A stretch of 64,000 nt of DNA from Bacteroidota bacterium (GTDB lineage: Bacteria; Bacteroidota; Ignavibacteria; SZUA-365). Below the pieces are notes generated by a model that was not told the DNA's origin, did no database searches, and saw nothing but the letters and a program-made list of their open reading frames with translations. The stretch spans positions 32,063 to 96,062 of the forward strand of contig JAEYUG010000119.1 of the NCBI GenBank assembly GCA_023432805.1, given 5' to 3'. This document shows positions 9,582 through 18,174 of the stretch, piece after piece; position 1 is the stretch's first letter, and each line of letters begins with the position of its first letter. A program made the position numbers and the translations under genes.

Positions 9582-9669
9582 TACCATTTCACGTTCGAGT
9601 CCGCGACAAGGCGTCCGCACGGTGCGGCGACGTGCACGGCATCCCCACCCACACCACACGAGTTCCCCC

Positions 9670-11211
9670 ATGCAGCATCCCGAGTGGATTTGCATCGTCG
9701 ATTTTGGATCCCAGTACACGCAATTGATCGCCCGCCGCATCCGCGAACTCGGGGTCTACTGCGAAATCCATCCCTTCCACACGGCGAAACTGGCGATCGA
9801 CCGGCAGATGCCGAAGAGCATCGTGCTGTCGGGCGGACCGAGCAGCGTCTATGACGAGGACGCCCCGAACATCGATCACGCGTTCTTCGCATATGGCGTG
9901 CCGATGCTCGGGATCTGTTATGGACTGCAGCTCATGGCCACGCATCATAGCGGCGCGGTCGATCCAGCCGCCCGCCGGGAGTACGGCAAGGCGGAACTCG
10001 TACTCGATGCAGCCGACGATTTGTTCCACGATGTGTCCGATCGCACGGTGGTGTGGATGAGTCACGGGGATGCGCTCAGCCGTCTGCCTCAGGACTTCGA
10101 GGTGATCGCGCATTCAGACAACGCACCCATCTGCGCCATCCGCAACGCCCATCGGAAGCTCTTCGGCGTGCAGTTTCATCCCGAGGTCGTCCATTCGGTC
10201 GAGGGACGCCAGATCCTTCACAACTTCGTCTACCGCATCAGCGGCTGCACGGGTGGTTGGAATCCTCGCTCCTTCATCGAGCAATCAATCGATGACATCC
10301 GATCGAAGGTGGGCACGGGACGTGTCATCTGTGCCCTCAGCGGGGGAGTGGATTCCGCTGTCGCAGCTGTGCTGCTGCACCGTGCGATCGGGGATCAGCT
10401 CCAGTGCATTCATATCGACAACGGTCTGATGCGCAAGAACGAAAGCGCAGACGTGGTCGACACCTTCCGAAATCACTTTCACATCCCCCTCGATTTCGTG
10501 GATGCGTCGGAACTGTTTCTCACGCGCCTGGCAGGTGTGACCGATCCTGAGAAGAAGCGCAAGATCATCGGGGCAACCTTCATCGATGTCTTCGAACAGG
10601 AGGCGCGTGCCTGGCAGGATGCCGAATACCTCGCACAGGGAACGCTCTATCCTGACGTGATCGAGTCGGTGAGCTTCAAGGGTCCTTCTGCGACGATCAA
10701 ATCGCATCACAATGTCGGCGGACTTCCCGAGAAGATGAATCTCACGCTCGTCGAGCCGTTTCGCGAACTGTTCAAGGATGAAGTGCGTCGCGTGGGCGAG
10801 GAGCTCGGCATGCCGGCGCATATCCTCTATCGCCACCCGTTCCCGGGTCCCGGCCTGGGAATCCGTGTGCTCGGAGAGGTGAACCGCGAGCGTTGTGATC
10901 TGTTGCGTGATGTCGACGAGATTTTCCTCGACGAAATCCGTACCTCGGGTGAATACGACAATATCTGGCAGGCCTTCGCCGTGCTGCTGCCCATTCAGTC
11001 CGTCGGAGTGATGGGCGACAACCGCACCTACGAAATGACCATTGCCCTGCGCGCGGTGACCAGCGTCGATGGGATGACTGCCGACTGGGCACGCATGCCC
11101 GCAGACGTGCTCGCACGCTGCTCGAACCGCATCATCAATGAAGTGCGTGGCGTCAATCGCGTCGTGTACGACATCAGTTCCAAGCCTCCGGCAACCATCG
11201 AGTGGGAGTGA
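9670..11211 (+). CDS. guaA: GMP synthase (glutamine-hydrolysing)
   Basis: Internal ATG of ORF 9196..11211. [33 protein letters not shown]...[10 protein letters not shown]...[10 protein letters not shown]...PPATIEWE. 513 aa. Confidence 0.97.
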   Translation: MQHPEWICIVDFGSQYTQLIARRIRELGVYCEIHPFHTAKLAIDRQMPKSIVLSGGPSSVYDEDAPNIDHAFFAYGVPMLGICYGLQLMATHHSGAVDPAARREYGKAELVLDAADDLFHDVSDRTVVWMSHGDALSRLPQDFEVIAHSDNAPICAIRNAHRKLFGVQFHPEVVHSVEGRQILHNFVYRISGCTGGWNPRSFIEQSIDDIRSKVGTGRVICALSGGVDSAVAAVLLHRAIGDQLQCIHIDNGLMRKNESADVVDTFRNHFHIPLDFVDASELFLTRLAGVTDPEKKRKIIGATFIDVFEQEARAWQDAEYLAQGTLYPDVIESVSFKGPSATIKSHHNVGGLPEKMNLTLVEPFRELFKDEVRRVGEELGMPAHILYRHPFPGPGLGIRVLGEVNRERCDLLRDVDEIFLDEIRTSGEYDNIWQAFAVLLPIQSVGVMGDNRTYEMTIALRAVTSVDGMTADWARMPADVLARCSNRIINEVRGVNRVVYDISSKPPATIEWE

Positions 11212-11218
11212 GGAGAGC

Positions 11219-12097
11219 GTGAACGAACACCTTATCGCACAACTGCTTGAGCAGACGGCCTACGATGCGTCGCATGAGCGTTGGCTGCATGCCTCCCAAT
11301 CGTTGCTGCGCATTCTGCACGAGCATCCGGACCGCATCGACCTCTCGCTGCGTCTGGCAGACGTCTATCTCCGCATGGGAAATCTCGATGCAGCGGAACG
11401 CACGATGCTAGTCGCTCTGGGCAGGGATCCGGGCAACGTCGATGTGCTGTATGCCCTCGGCCGCATGTTCTACGCCGGCGAACGCTTCGACGACGCCCTG
11501 CGATATCTTGAGCAGCTGCTCCCGTACCACATTCCGCAGGCGCATTTCACTACAGGACTGATCCACTTCAAACGCGGCAATCTTGCTGCCGCCGAGCGCC
11601 ATTTCCGTCGAACAATCGAACTCGAGGCCGATCATCCTCGCGGACATGAGATGCTCGGACGCACACTCATTGCAGCCCGCAGCTTCGAAGCAGCACGCAC
11701 GGTGCTCATGGTGGCCGTCACGCTGCCCGGGGAAGACGGCACGGCATGGACTCTTCTCGGTAGTTCCTGTGCACTGCTGGGTCGCTGGGACGAAAGCATC
11801 GCCGCCTTCAACAAGGCCGTGCAACTGCGTCCCAACGATGCCTCGCTCATGGGCGAATTTGCACAGGCAATGATACGAGGCGGCCGGCTGAGTGAGGCCG
11901 AAGACATGCTGCGTCGTGCGGGTGCTGTCGATGCCGGCGCGCCACACGTGCTGCTCGGTTGGGGGATGCTCATGATTGAAAAAGCCGACCGGACGCGCGC
12001 CACATCCTATTTCGATCGCGTGCTCACCATTGATCCTACCAACGAAGCCGCCCTGCAGTACAGAAGTCTGCTAACCACGCACAACCAGCCCGCCTGA
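11219..12097 (+). CDS. TPR-repeat protein
   Basis: GTG at 11219, preceded by GAGGAG, right after the guaA stop. Repeated about 34-aa helical repeats (LGNLDAAERTMLVALGRDPGNVDVLYALGRMFY...). Confidence 0.7.
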   Translation: MNEHLIAQLLEQTAYDASHERWLHASQSLLRILHEHPDRIDLSLRLADVYLRMGNLDAAERTMLVALGRDPGNVDVLYALGRMFYAGERFDDALRYLEQLLPYHIPQAHFTTGLIHFKRGNLAAAERHFRRTIELEADHPRGHEMLGRTLIAARSFEAARTVLMVAVTLPGEDGTAWTLLGSSCALLGRWDESIAAFNKAVQLRPNDASLMGEFAQAMIRGGRLSEAEDMLRRAGAVDAGAPHVLLGWGMLMIEKADRTRATSYFDRVLTIDPTNEAALQYRSLLTTHNQPA

Positions 12098-12243
12098 GGT
12101 CTGCGCAGCCCGATCGTGATGTCTTTTGATTGGGATGGGATGGGAATTTCATCGTGCAAGAGGGATACTTGTGTTGCGCGCGAGGCGCCGTACGACCGAC
12201 CTCGCGCATCACCAACACCCCCATCGGAAGTTGTGACACCGAC

Positions 12244-12927
12244 ATGCACACACTCATACGACACTGGCCGGAAGGGGATCGACCGCGCGAAAAACTTCTT
12301 TCGCGCGGCGCAGAGTCCCTCAGCGATACCGAACTGCTCGCCGTGCTGATCAACAGCGGAAGTGCGGGACGCAGTGCGGTGGACGTCGCCCGCGCACTGC
12401 TGCACGCCTATGGCAATGTCCGTGCGCTCGCACGGCGGCCCGTCAGCGAACTGCAACGCGAGCGGGGAATCGGTCCCGCACGCGCCGTTACGATTCACGC
12501 AGCCTTCGAACTGGGTCGTCGCAGCGCGATGGTTGCAGACGCATCACGCGAACTCATCATCAGTTCACCAGAAGACGTCGCACGTCAGTACATTCCGCGT
12601 CTACGGGATCTGAACACGGAGCGTTTTCTCGCGTTGCTCCTCAACAATGCCGGACACGTGCTGCGAGAATGCGAGATCAGCCGCGGTACGGTCGACGCTT
12701 CCGTCGCCACACCACGGGAAGTGTTCCATGCGGCGGTGCTGGAACTCGCGTCGTCGGTGATCCTGATCCACAATCACCCGAGCGGTGTCCGTGATGCGAG
12801 TCCCGAAGACCATGCACTGACACGCATGATGATCGCTGCGGGCCGCACGATGGGCATTCCCGTACAGGATCACATCATCATCTGCGGGAATTCATTCGTG
12901 AGCTTCGTCACGGAGGGGTGGATGTGA
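12244..12927 (+). CDS. radC: RadC-family JAMM protein (UPF0758)
   Basis: Internal ATG of ORF 12130..12927. RPREKLLSRGAESLSDTELLAVLINSGSAGRSAVDVARALL and the JAMM motif ILIHNHPSG. 227 aa. Confidence 0.9.
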   Translation: MHTLIRHWPEGDRPREKLLSRGAESLSDTELLAVLINSGSAGRSAVDVARALLHAYGNVRALARRPVSELQRERGIGPARAVTIHAAFELGRRSAMVADASRELIISSPEDVARQYIPRLRDLNTERFLALLLNNAGHVLRECEISRGTVDASVATPREVFHAAVLELASSVILIHNHPSGVRDASPEDHALTRMMIAAGRTMGIPVQDHIIICGNSFVSFVTEGWM

Positions 12928-12928
12928 C

Positions 12929-14218
12929 TCAGCGCCGGTGGCGGCGTGCTCTGAGTGCTGCGAGCCGCTCACCGATTGCCTGCTCGCGTCCGATGTCGGT
13001 GGGGGTGTAGTAGATCCGTTCGCCAAGCTCCTTCGGCAGGTAGTCCTGTTCGATGAAGTGCCCTGGAAAGTCATGGGGATACTTGTAGCCGCGACCATAC
13101 CCCGACTGTTTCATGAACGAGGTCGGCGCATTGCGCAAATGCAGGGGAACGGCGTGCGGTGGGTGTTTCTCGACATCACGCAGCGCGGCAGCAATGGCAA
13201 GGTAGGATGCGTTGCTCTTCGGTGCACAGGCGAGATACGTGGTGACCTGTGCCAGTACGATGCGTGCCTCGGGCATGCCGATCGCGTGTACAGCCTGATA
13301 CCCGGCATTGGCGAGGAGCAAGGCGTTTGGCTCCGCGTTCCCGATGTCTTCAGATGCGAGGACGATCAGTCGACGCGCAATGAACAGAGGATCTTCACCT
13401 CCGTTGAGCATGCGCGCCATCCAGTACAGCGCTGCATCGGGATCGCTGCCGCGCACGGACTTGATGAAGGCGGAGATGATGTTGTAATGCTCCTCACCAC
13501 CCTTGTCGTACATGGCGAAGGAGCGCTGAAAGGCCTCCTCCATGACCTGCCGGGTGATCACCACATGTGTCGGATCTTCTGACAACATGCAGCACATCTC
13601 AAAACCGTTCAGCAGTGCGCGCGCATCGCCACCGCTGAACACGATGAGGGCATCACGATCTTCGAATGTGATGTCGAGTTGACGAATGCGCGGATCGTTG
13701 TCCATCGCACGCTGGAGCAGCTGATCGAGATCTTCCGTTGTGAGCGGCTCCAGCGTGAACGTGCGCGCACGCGAGCGCAACGGCGGGATCACCTCGAAGG
13801 AGGGATTCTCGGTCGTGGCTCCAATGAGGATGATGACGCCCTCTTCGACGGCTTGAAGCAGTGCGTCCTGTTGCGCCTTGTTGAAGCGGTGAATTTCGTC
13901 GACGAAGAGCACGGTTTCTGCGCTATCCGTCTGCAACCGATGCGATCGTGCCTGATCGATGGCTGCTCGCACGTCCTTCACGCCGGATGAGACGGCGCTG
14001 ATCTGAATGAGCGTCGCGTGTGCTCCCTCTGCGACCAATCGTGCGAGTGTTGTTTTGCCTGATCCCGGGGGACCCCAGAGAATGCAGCTGACGAGGTGTC
14101 CCCGTTCGATCATCCGCATGAAAGGGCGTCCCGCCCCGATCAGATGGCGCTGTCCGACGATATCAGCCAGCACCCGAGGGCGCATGCGCTCGGCAAGCGG
14201 CGTGCTGACAGTGGACAT
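12929..14218 (-). CDS. rarA: Replication-associated recombination protein A (AAA+ ATPase, MgsA/WRNIP family)
   Basis: 429 aa. PLAERMRP...VGQRHL...[16 protein letters not shown]...[18 protein letters not shown]. Confidence 0.95.
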   Translation of the reverse strand: MSTVSTPLAERMRPRVLADIVGQRHLIGAGRPFMRMIERGHLVSCILWGPPGSGKTTLARLVAEGAHATLIQISAVSSGVKDVRAAIDQARSHRLQTDSAETVLFVDEIHRFNKAQQDALLQAVEEGVIILIGATTENPSFEVIPPLRSRARTFTLEPLTTEDLDQLLQRAMDNDPRIRQLDITFEDRDALIVFSGGDARALLNGFEMCCMLSEDPTHVVITRQVMEEAFQRSFAMYDKGGEEHYNIISAFIKSVRGSDPDAALYWMARMLNGGEDPLFIARRLIVLASEDIGNAEPNALLLANAGYQAVHAIGMPEARIVLAQVTTYLACAPKSNASYLAIAAALRDVEKHPPHAVPLHLRNAPTSFMKQSGYGRGYKYPHDFPGHFIEQDYLPKELGERIYYTPTDIGREQAIGERLAALRARRHRR

Positions 14219-14229
14219 CGGGGGTGGAG

Positions 14230-14946
14230 TCAGTTCTCGCGGGGTTTGCGGGTCGCGGGATTCCGGTCGGTACGCTGCTTAGCTGGTCGCAGTGATGGCT
14301 GCACCCGATAGGTACGAACGGAATCCTTTTTCGACGTATCCAGGGTTGCCTCATCATCGACAACGCCACGGAGGACGGGAATGTCGAGGGCCTCGTCGCT
14401 TTTCTCGCCGGAGATGCGCGAGGGGGTGCCGCCGACCCGTGAATCCGGAGCAGGTGCAGCCTTGGAGCGCTCCGAGGCGGGTGCGGATTGCTCTGTGCTG
14501 CGCTGGGCGCGTCGTTCCGCCGCCTGCTGCTCACGAAGCTTCCGCTCTTGTTCGCTGGCAGGGGAGAGTGGATCCGACTTGGGCCGTGAGGGTTCCGGTG
14601 ACTGCAATCCCTCTTCCACCCGCTCGACAGGGATGGGCACAGACTCGATCTGTTTCGGCAGATCGCGCGTTTCGTAGACATACAAGGTGAAGGCCAGTAC
14701 CGCCATGCCGGCCACTGGACCGTAGGCGAGTGCGGGCACGCGCAGGAATCCCAGATTGATGACCGGGAGTCTCTGCCACCAGGAGAGGCGGGGAACGGAG
14801 GCCGCGGCGAGACGCTGCTTGAGCTGGTACTCGAAGTCGAGTGGTGCGTCGATCTTCGGCATCGCCCGCAGATCACGCAACAACGGCACGAATGCCTCGT
14901 CGGGATCCACTACGGGATCAGTCGTATTGCTGCGTTGGTCTGACAT
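14230..14946 (-). CDS. Putative anti-sigma factor: single TM, disordered Pro/Ser/Glu/Arg-rich C-terminal region
   Basis: Immediately downstream of an ECF sigma gene. One TM segment (PALAYGPVAGMAVLAFTLYVY). I chose the ATG at 14946; the ORF track's TTG at 14961 is the alternative. The function is inferred from position only. Confidence 0.5.
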   Translation of the reverse strand: MSDQRSNTTDPVVDPDEAFVPLLRDLRAMPKIDAPLDFEYQLKQRLAAASVPRLSWWQRLPVINLGFLRVPALAYGPVAGMAVLAFTLYVYETRDLPKQIESVPIPVERVEEGLQSPEPSRPKSDPLSPASEQERKLREQQAAERRAQRSTEQSAPASERSKAAPAPDSRVGGTPSRISGEKSDEALDIPVLRGVVDDEATLDTSKKDSVRTYRVQPSLRPAKQRTDRNPATRKPREN

Positions 14947-14961
14947 GGGTGGGTGTGCCAA

Positions 14962-15567
14962 TTAATCATAGATGTCGCGGAGAAGTTTCTGGAGCATCGC
15001 ACGACCGCGGTTGATGCGGCTCTTGACGGTGCCAATCGGTTTCTGGATGATCTCTGCTATGTCTTCGTACGAAAGGTCCTGAATGTCTCTGAGAATGACA
15101 GCTTCACGGAATTCTTCCTGCAGTGTTAGCAGTGCCGCCTCGATTCGTTGATGCTTGAGTGCTCCGTCGACAACGCGATCCGGTTGAGGTTCGCCATCCT
15201 CGAGTTGCATGTCCACTTCTTCATCATCCCCGACAGACTGCGTGATGGAGACACCACGACGCTTGTAGGGCTTTCTCAATTCGCTCTTCGCAAGATTGCC
15301 GGCGATGGTGTAAATCCAGGTCGAGAACCGTGCGATGGTCTTGTACTGGTGTTTCTTCTCAAAGAGTCGGACGAAAGTCTCCTGCAATACGTCCGCTGAT
15401 TCGTCCACATCTCCGAGATAACGGAAGATGTAGTTCATCAGGGGATTCTTGTATCGCTTGACGAGTACGTCGAACGCAGAGCTGTCGTCCTGCTGAAACC
15501 TGAGGATCAGCTCTTCGTCTGTAAGACGATCCAGTTCCTCATGGGTCAGTCGTTCCGGTACATTCAT
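14962..15567 (-). CDS. ECF-type RNA polymerase sigma factor (sigma-70 family, regions 2 and 4)
   Basis: 201 aa. FDVLVKRYKNPLMNYIFRYLGDVDESADVLQETFVRLF (region 2). ILRDIQDLSYEDIAEIIQKPIGTVKSRINRGRAML (region 4). Confidence 0.9.
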   Translation of the reverse strand: MNVPERLTHEELDRLTDEELILRFQQDDSSAFDVLVKRYKNPLMNYIFRYLGDVDESADVLQETFVRLFEKKHQYKTIARFSTWIYTIAGNLAKSELRKPYKRRGVSITQSVGDDEEVDMQLEDGEPQPDRVVDGALKHQRIEAALLTLQEEFREAVILRDIQDLSYEDIAEIIQKPIGTVKSRINRGRAMLQKLLRDIYD

Positions 15568-15573
15568 GATTTG

Positions 15574-15598
15574 TACGCGACCAAGGGCGAGATGTTCC
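15574..15598 (-). promoter_or_regulatory. Candidate ECF-type promoter (GGAAC-N16-CGTA) upstream of the sigma gene
   Basis: The minus strand reads ccGGAACtcaGGAACatctcgcccttggtcgCGTAcaaatcATG. The -10-like CGTA lies only about 6 nt before the ATG, implying a nearly leaderless transcript. The GGAAC is tandemly duplicated. Confidence 0.25.
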
Positions 15599-15632
15599 TG
15601 AGTTCCGGCATGGAGTGATGAAGGGTATCAGT

Positions 15633-16679
15633 TCAAGATGCGGATGTCAACTGGTGAATGAGCCGTGCGACGACGGTTCGCTGATCGGTGGGTCGTGACT
15701 TGAGCTCGACATCCGCCTCGAGAAGGACTTGAAAGCACCCCTCAAAATACCTCGGTCGCGGTAATTTCTCCAGATATTTCCTGAGAAGATTATAGCGCCA
15801 CATGCTTCCAGCGCCGACCTGTCGTGCCTCGATCTCGGTCACGCGCGCACGGGCACGTTGCAGCGCGTCAATCTGCCAGAGCGTTGCACAATCGCGCGCG
15901 AGTGCGGCCACGAGTACGGTGGCATGCGTTTCCTCCAGCAGCCGGAAGGCGATCTCGGTGGCTTCCGTCCGGCGCTGCTCGAAAACCTTCGCGGTCAGTT
16001 CGTAGATGTTGAATTGTCGCGAGATGCCGAGGTGGAGATAGATGTGGTCAATGGTGATGATCGCTTCCTCGGGAATGGCGGATGCGAGCTTCTCGAGGTC
16101 GGTTGCGATCTCCCGCGTCGCCCCGTTCTTGACCGAAATCAGCAGCGGAAGCGCCTCCTCGCTGAACTGCTTGCCGTGTCGCGCAGCCTCTGCGGTGATC
16201 CACTGTGCGAGCGCGGATTCCCTGAGCGGGGCAAACTCGACGACGCAGTCCGCACCCCAGGCATTCGTCGATGCCTGCAGATATTCCAGACCGGAGGGTC
16301 CTTTTTTCTTCGCAGGTTTTCTGCGCTTCTTCGCATCCCCACCCGATGCAGCGACGAGCACCAGGACGGTGTCGCGCGAAGGTCCGCGAAGATAGCTGTT
16401 GAGTGTCTCGTCGTCGAGCACCTTGTCTGCATCCCGCACGACCACAACACGCCGGTCGGCCATGAAGGGAAACTCGTTCGCGGCAGCGACGATCGTGGCC
16501 GGCTTCTGTTCACCCGCCCAGAGGACGTGATGGTTGAAGGAGCGCTCTCCCATGCCGAGTGCCGCATCCACGAGCGCACGCAGCGATCGGTCGAGCAGGA
16601 AGTCCTCCTCGCCGTGAAAGTAGTAGACGGGAAGGAGCTTCTGGCTGCGGATCTGCTTGTCGAGTTCCAGTGGTGTCAT
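15633..16679 (-). CDS. holA: DNA polymerase III delta subunit
   Basis: Internal ATG of ORF 15633..16865, overlapping the upstream stop (ATGA at 16676-16679). MTPLELDKQIRSQKLLPVYYFHGEEDFLLDRSLRALV. 348 aa. Confidence 0.85.
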   Translation of the reverse strand: MTPLELDKQIRSQKLLPVYYFHGEEDFLLDRSLRALVDAALGMGERSFNHHVLWAGEQKPATIVAAANEFPFMADRRVVVVRDADKVLDDETLNSYLRGPSRDTVLVLVAASGGDAKKRRKPAKKKGPSGLEYLQASTNAWGADCVVEFAPLRESALAQWITAEAARHGKQFSEEALPLLISVKNGATREIATDLEKLASAIPEEAIITIDHIYLHLGISRQFNIYELTAKVFEQRRTEATEIAFRLLEETHATVLVAALARDCATLWQIDALQRARARVTEIEARQVGAGSMWRYNLLRKYLEKLPRPRYFEGCFQVLLEADVELKSRPTDQRTVVARLIHQLTSAS

Positions 16680-17332
16680 TGCCGCGTTCCATTCTGCGTG
16701 CAGATCGTGATGCGCGTGATCATGATGTCGTTGCGGGGACGGCCACCGCGCGCACCATCCGAAGCCACGACATCGGCGCTTCCGATGCGGTCGATCGTTT
16801 CCATCCCGCGGCTCACCCGGCCGAAGACCGTGTACACGGGCGGCAATCCTGCATCCCTCACACACACGAAGAGGATGCTGGTATTCGAATCGCGGGCCGG
16901 TCCGTGGGCCATTGCCACCGAACCGCGCCGATACGATGGTTGCCCGCTCGTGCCGAGCTCATCGGGAAACGTGCGCCCATACATGCTCTCGCCCCCTCCA
17001 CCCGTTCCCGTGGGATCTCCGAAAAAGACGAGGCTGTCGGTGAGCACGTGAAAGATGGGGTTCCCGGTATAATACCCGCGTTGCGCCAGTCGCAGGAAAT
17101 TCTCGACGGTACGCGGTGAAGCTGAACGGTCGAGCGTGATGTCGAACGAGCCCAGAGTTGTCTCGACGGTTGCGATCTCCCGCATGGTCGTCGATCCCTT
17201 CGCCTGTAGGGTGGGGGATGTCTGTGCATGGAGGAGGCGCGGGATGGAAAACACCGTCTGCAGCAGCATCCCGAGCAGCAGCACGCTGAAAGGCGCGGCA
17301 CGCCGCCCCACCGTGAGGAAGCCCTCTGTCAT
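16676..17332 (-). CDS. Secreted cyclophilin-type peptidyl-prolyl cis-trans isomerase
   Basis: 218 aa. Signal peptide ...PRLLHA|QTSP. TVENFLRLAQRGYYTGNPIFHV...GDPTGTGGGGESMYGRTFPDE...GSVAMAH...SILFVC. Confidence 0.9.
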   Translation of the reverse strand: MTEGFLTVGRRAAPFSVLLLGMLLQTVFSIPRLLHAQTSPTLQAKGSTTMREIATVETTLGSFDITLDRSASPRTVENFLRLAQRGYYTGNPIFHVLTDSLVFFGDPTGTGGGGESMYGRTFPDELGTSGQPSYRRGSVAMAHGPARDSNTSILFVCVRDAGLPPVYTVFGRVSRGMETIDRIGSADVVASDGARGGRPRNDIMITRITICTQNGTRQ

Positions 17333-18150
17333 GGTGCGATCATGCCCGTGGCGAGCAACACGATCAATGCGATACCGAGCACGATCCGGTACCCGATGAA
17401 CACACCTGTCCCATGCCGGCGAAGGAACGAAAGCAGAAGGGCAATGGATGCGTACCCGACCAGACCCGCCACGACAGTGGCGATCAGCAGTCCTAACCCG
17501 AAACTGCCCGCCAGATCCGCGCGCAGCTTGTAGAGCTGGTAAAGGCCGCTGAGGGCGACGGCTGGAATGCTCAACAGAAAGGAGAATGATGCGGCTGCTT
17601 CACGCGAGAGGTTCAGGAACATGCCCATGGTCATCGTCGAACCACTGCGCGAGGCTCCCGGCACAAGGGCCACCGCCTGCGCAAGGCCGATGAGCATGAC
17701 GTCACGCAGACGAAGCTCACGCATCCCACGATCAAACCGCGAGACCTTCTCGGCGAGCCAGAGCAGCAATGCGAGTACGATGAGGCTGCCCGCGATGACC
17801 CAGAGGGAACGGAAGTTTGTTTCGATCGCGGTCTTCAGCACGAGTCCTGCAAGCACGATGGGTATCGTGCCGAACAGAATCCACCACGCCATGCGGCTCT
17901 CCTGCGATTCGAAGGGCGAGCGGTGCACGATGCTGCGTGTGAACCCCCTGCTCAGATCGAGGATCTCGCGCCTGTAGTAGATGAGGACGGCGACAAGCGT
18001 ACCGATCTGCGTGACAGCCGTGAACGGAGCACCGGGATCCTCCCATCCGACGAGGGCGGGGAGCACCCGGAGATGCGCGGTGCTGCTGATCGGCAGAAAC
18101 TCGCTCAGGCCCTGGACGATGCCGAGGACGATGCTCTCGAACAGGCTCAC
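17329..18150 (-). CDS. uppP: Undecaprenyl-diphosphate phosphatase
   Basis: 273 aa, GTG start. SLFESIVLGIVQGLSEFLPISSTAHLRV...PGASRSGSTM. Confidence 0.95.
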   Translation of the reverse strand: MSLFESIVLGIVQGLSEFLPISSTAHLRVLPALVGWEDPGAPFTAVTQIGTLVAVLIYYRREILDLSRGFTRSIVHRSPFESQESRMAWWILFGTIPIVLAGLVLKTAIETNFRSLWVIAGSLIVLALLLWLAEKVSRFDRGMRELRLRDVMLIGLAQAVALVPGASRSGSTMTMGMFLNLSREAAASFSFLLSIPAVALSGLYQLYKLRADLAGSFGLGLLIATVVAGLVGYASIALLLSFLRRHGTGVFIGYRIVLGIALIVLLATGMIAP

Positions 18151-18174
18151 GCAGCAGCTCCGTTCAATGTGCGA

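Noticed and set aside
9196-9669. An N-terminal 158-aa extension of the guaA ORF overlapping gcvH.
   Set aside because: GMP synthase homology starts at [17 protein letters not shown] (ATG at 9670). The upstream part is Arg-rich and overlaps the well-supported gcvH.
9533-9669. The structured 137-nt leader before guaA, considered as a purine riboswitch.
   Set aside because: I cannot find the conserved purine-riboswitch core (for example the UAUA...CCGUAAAU-type junction sequences). There are only generic GC hairpins. An Rfam scan would settle it.
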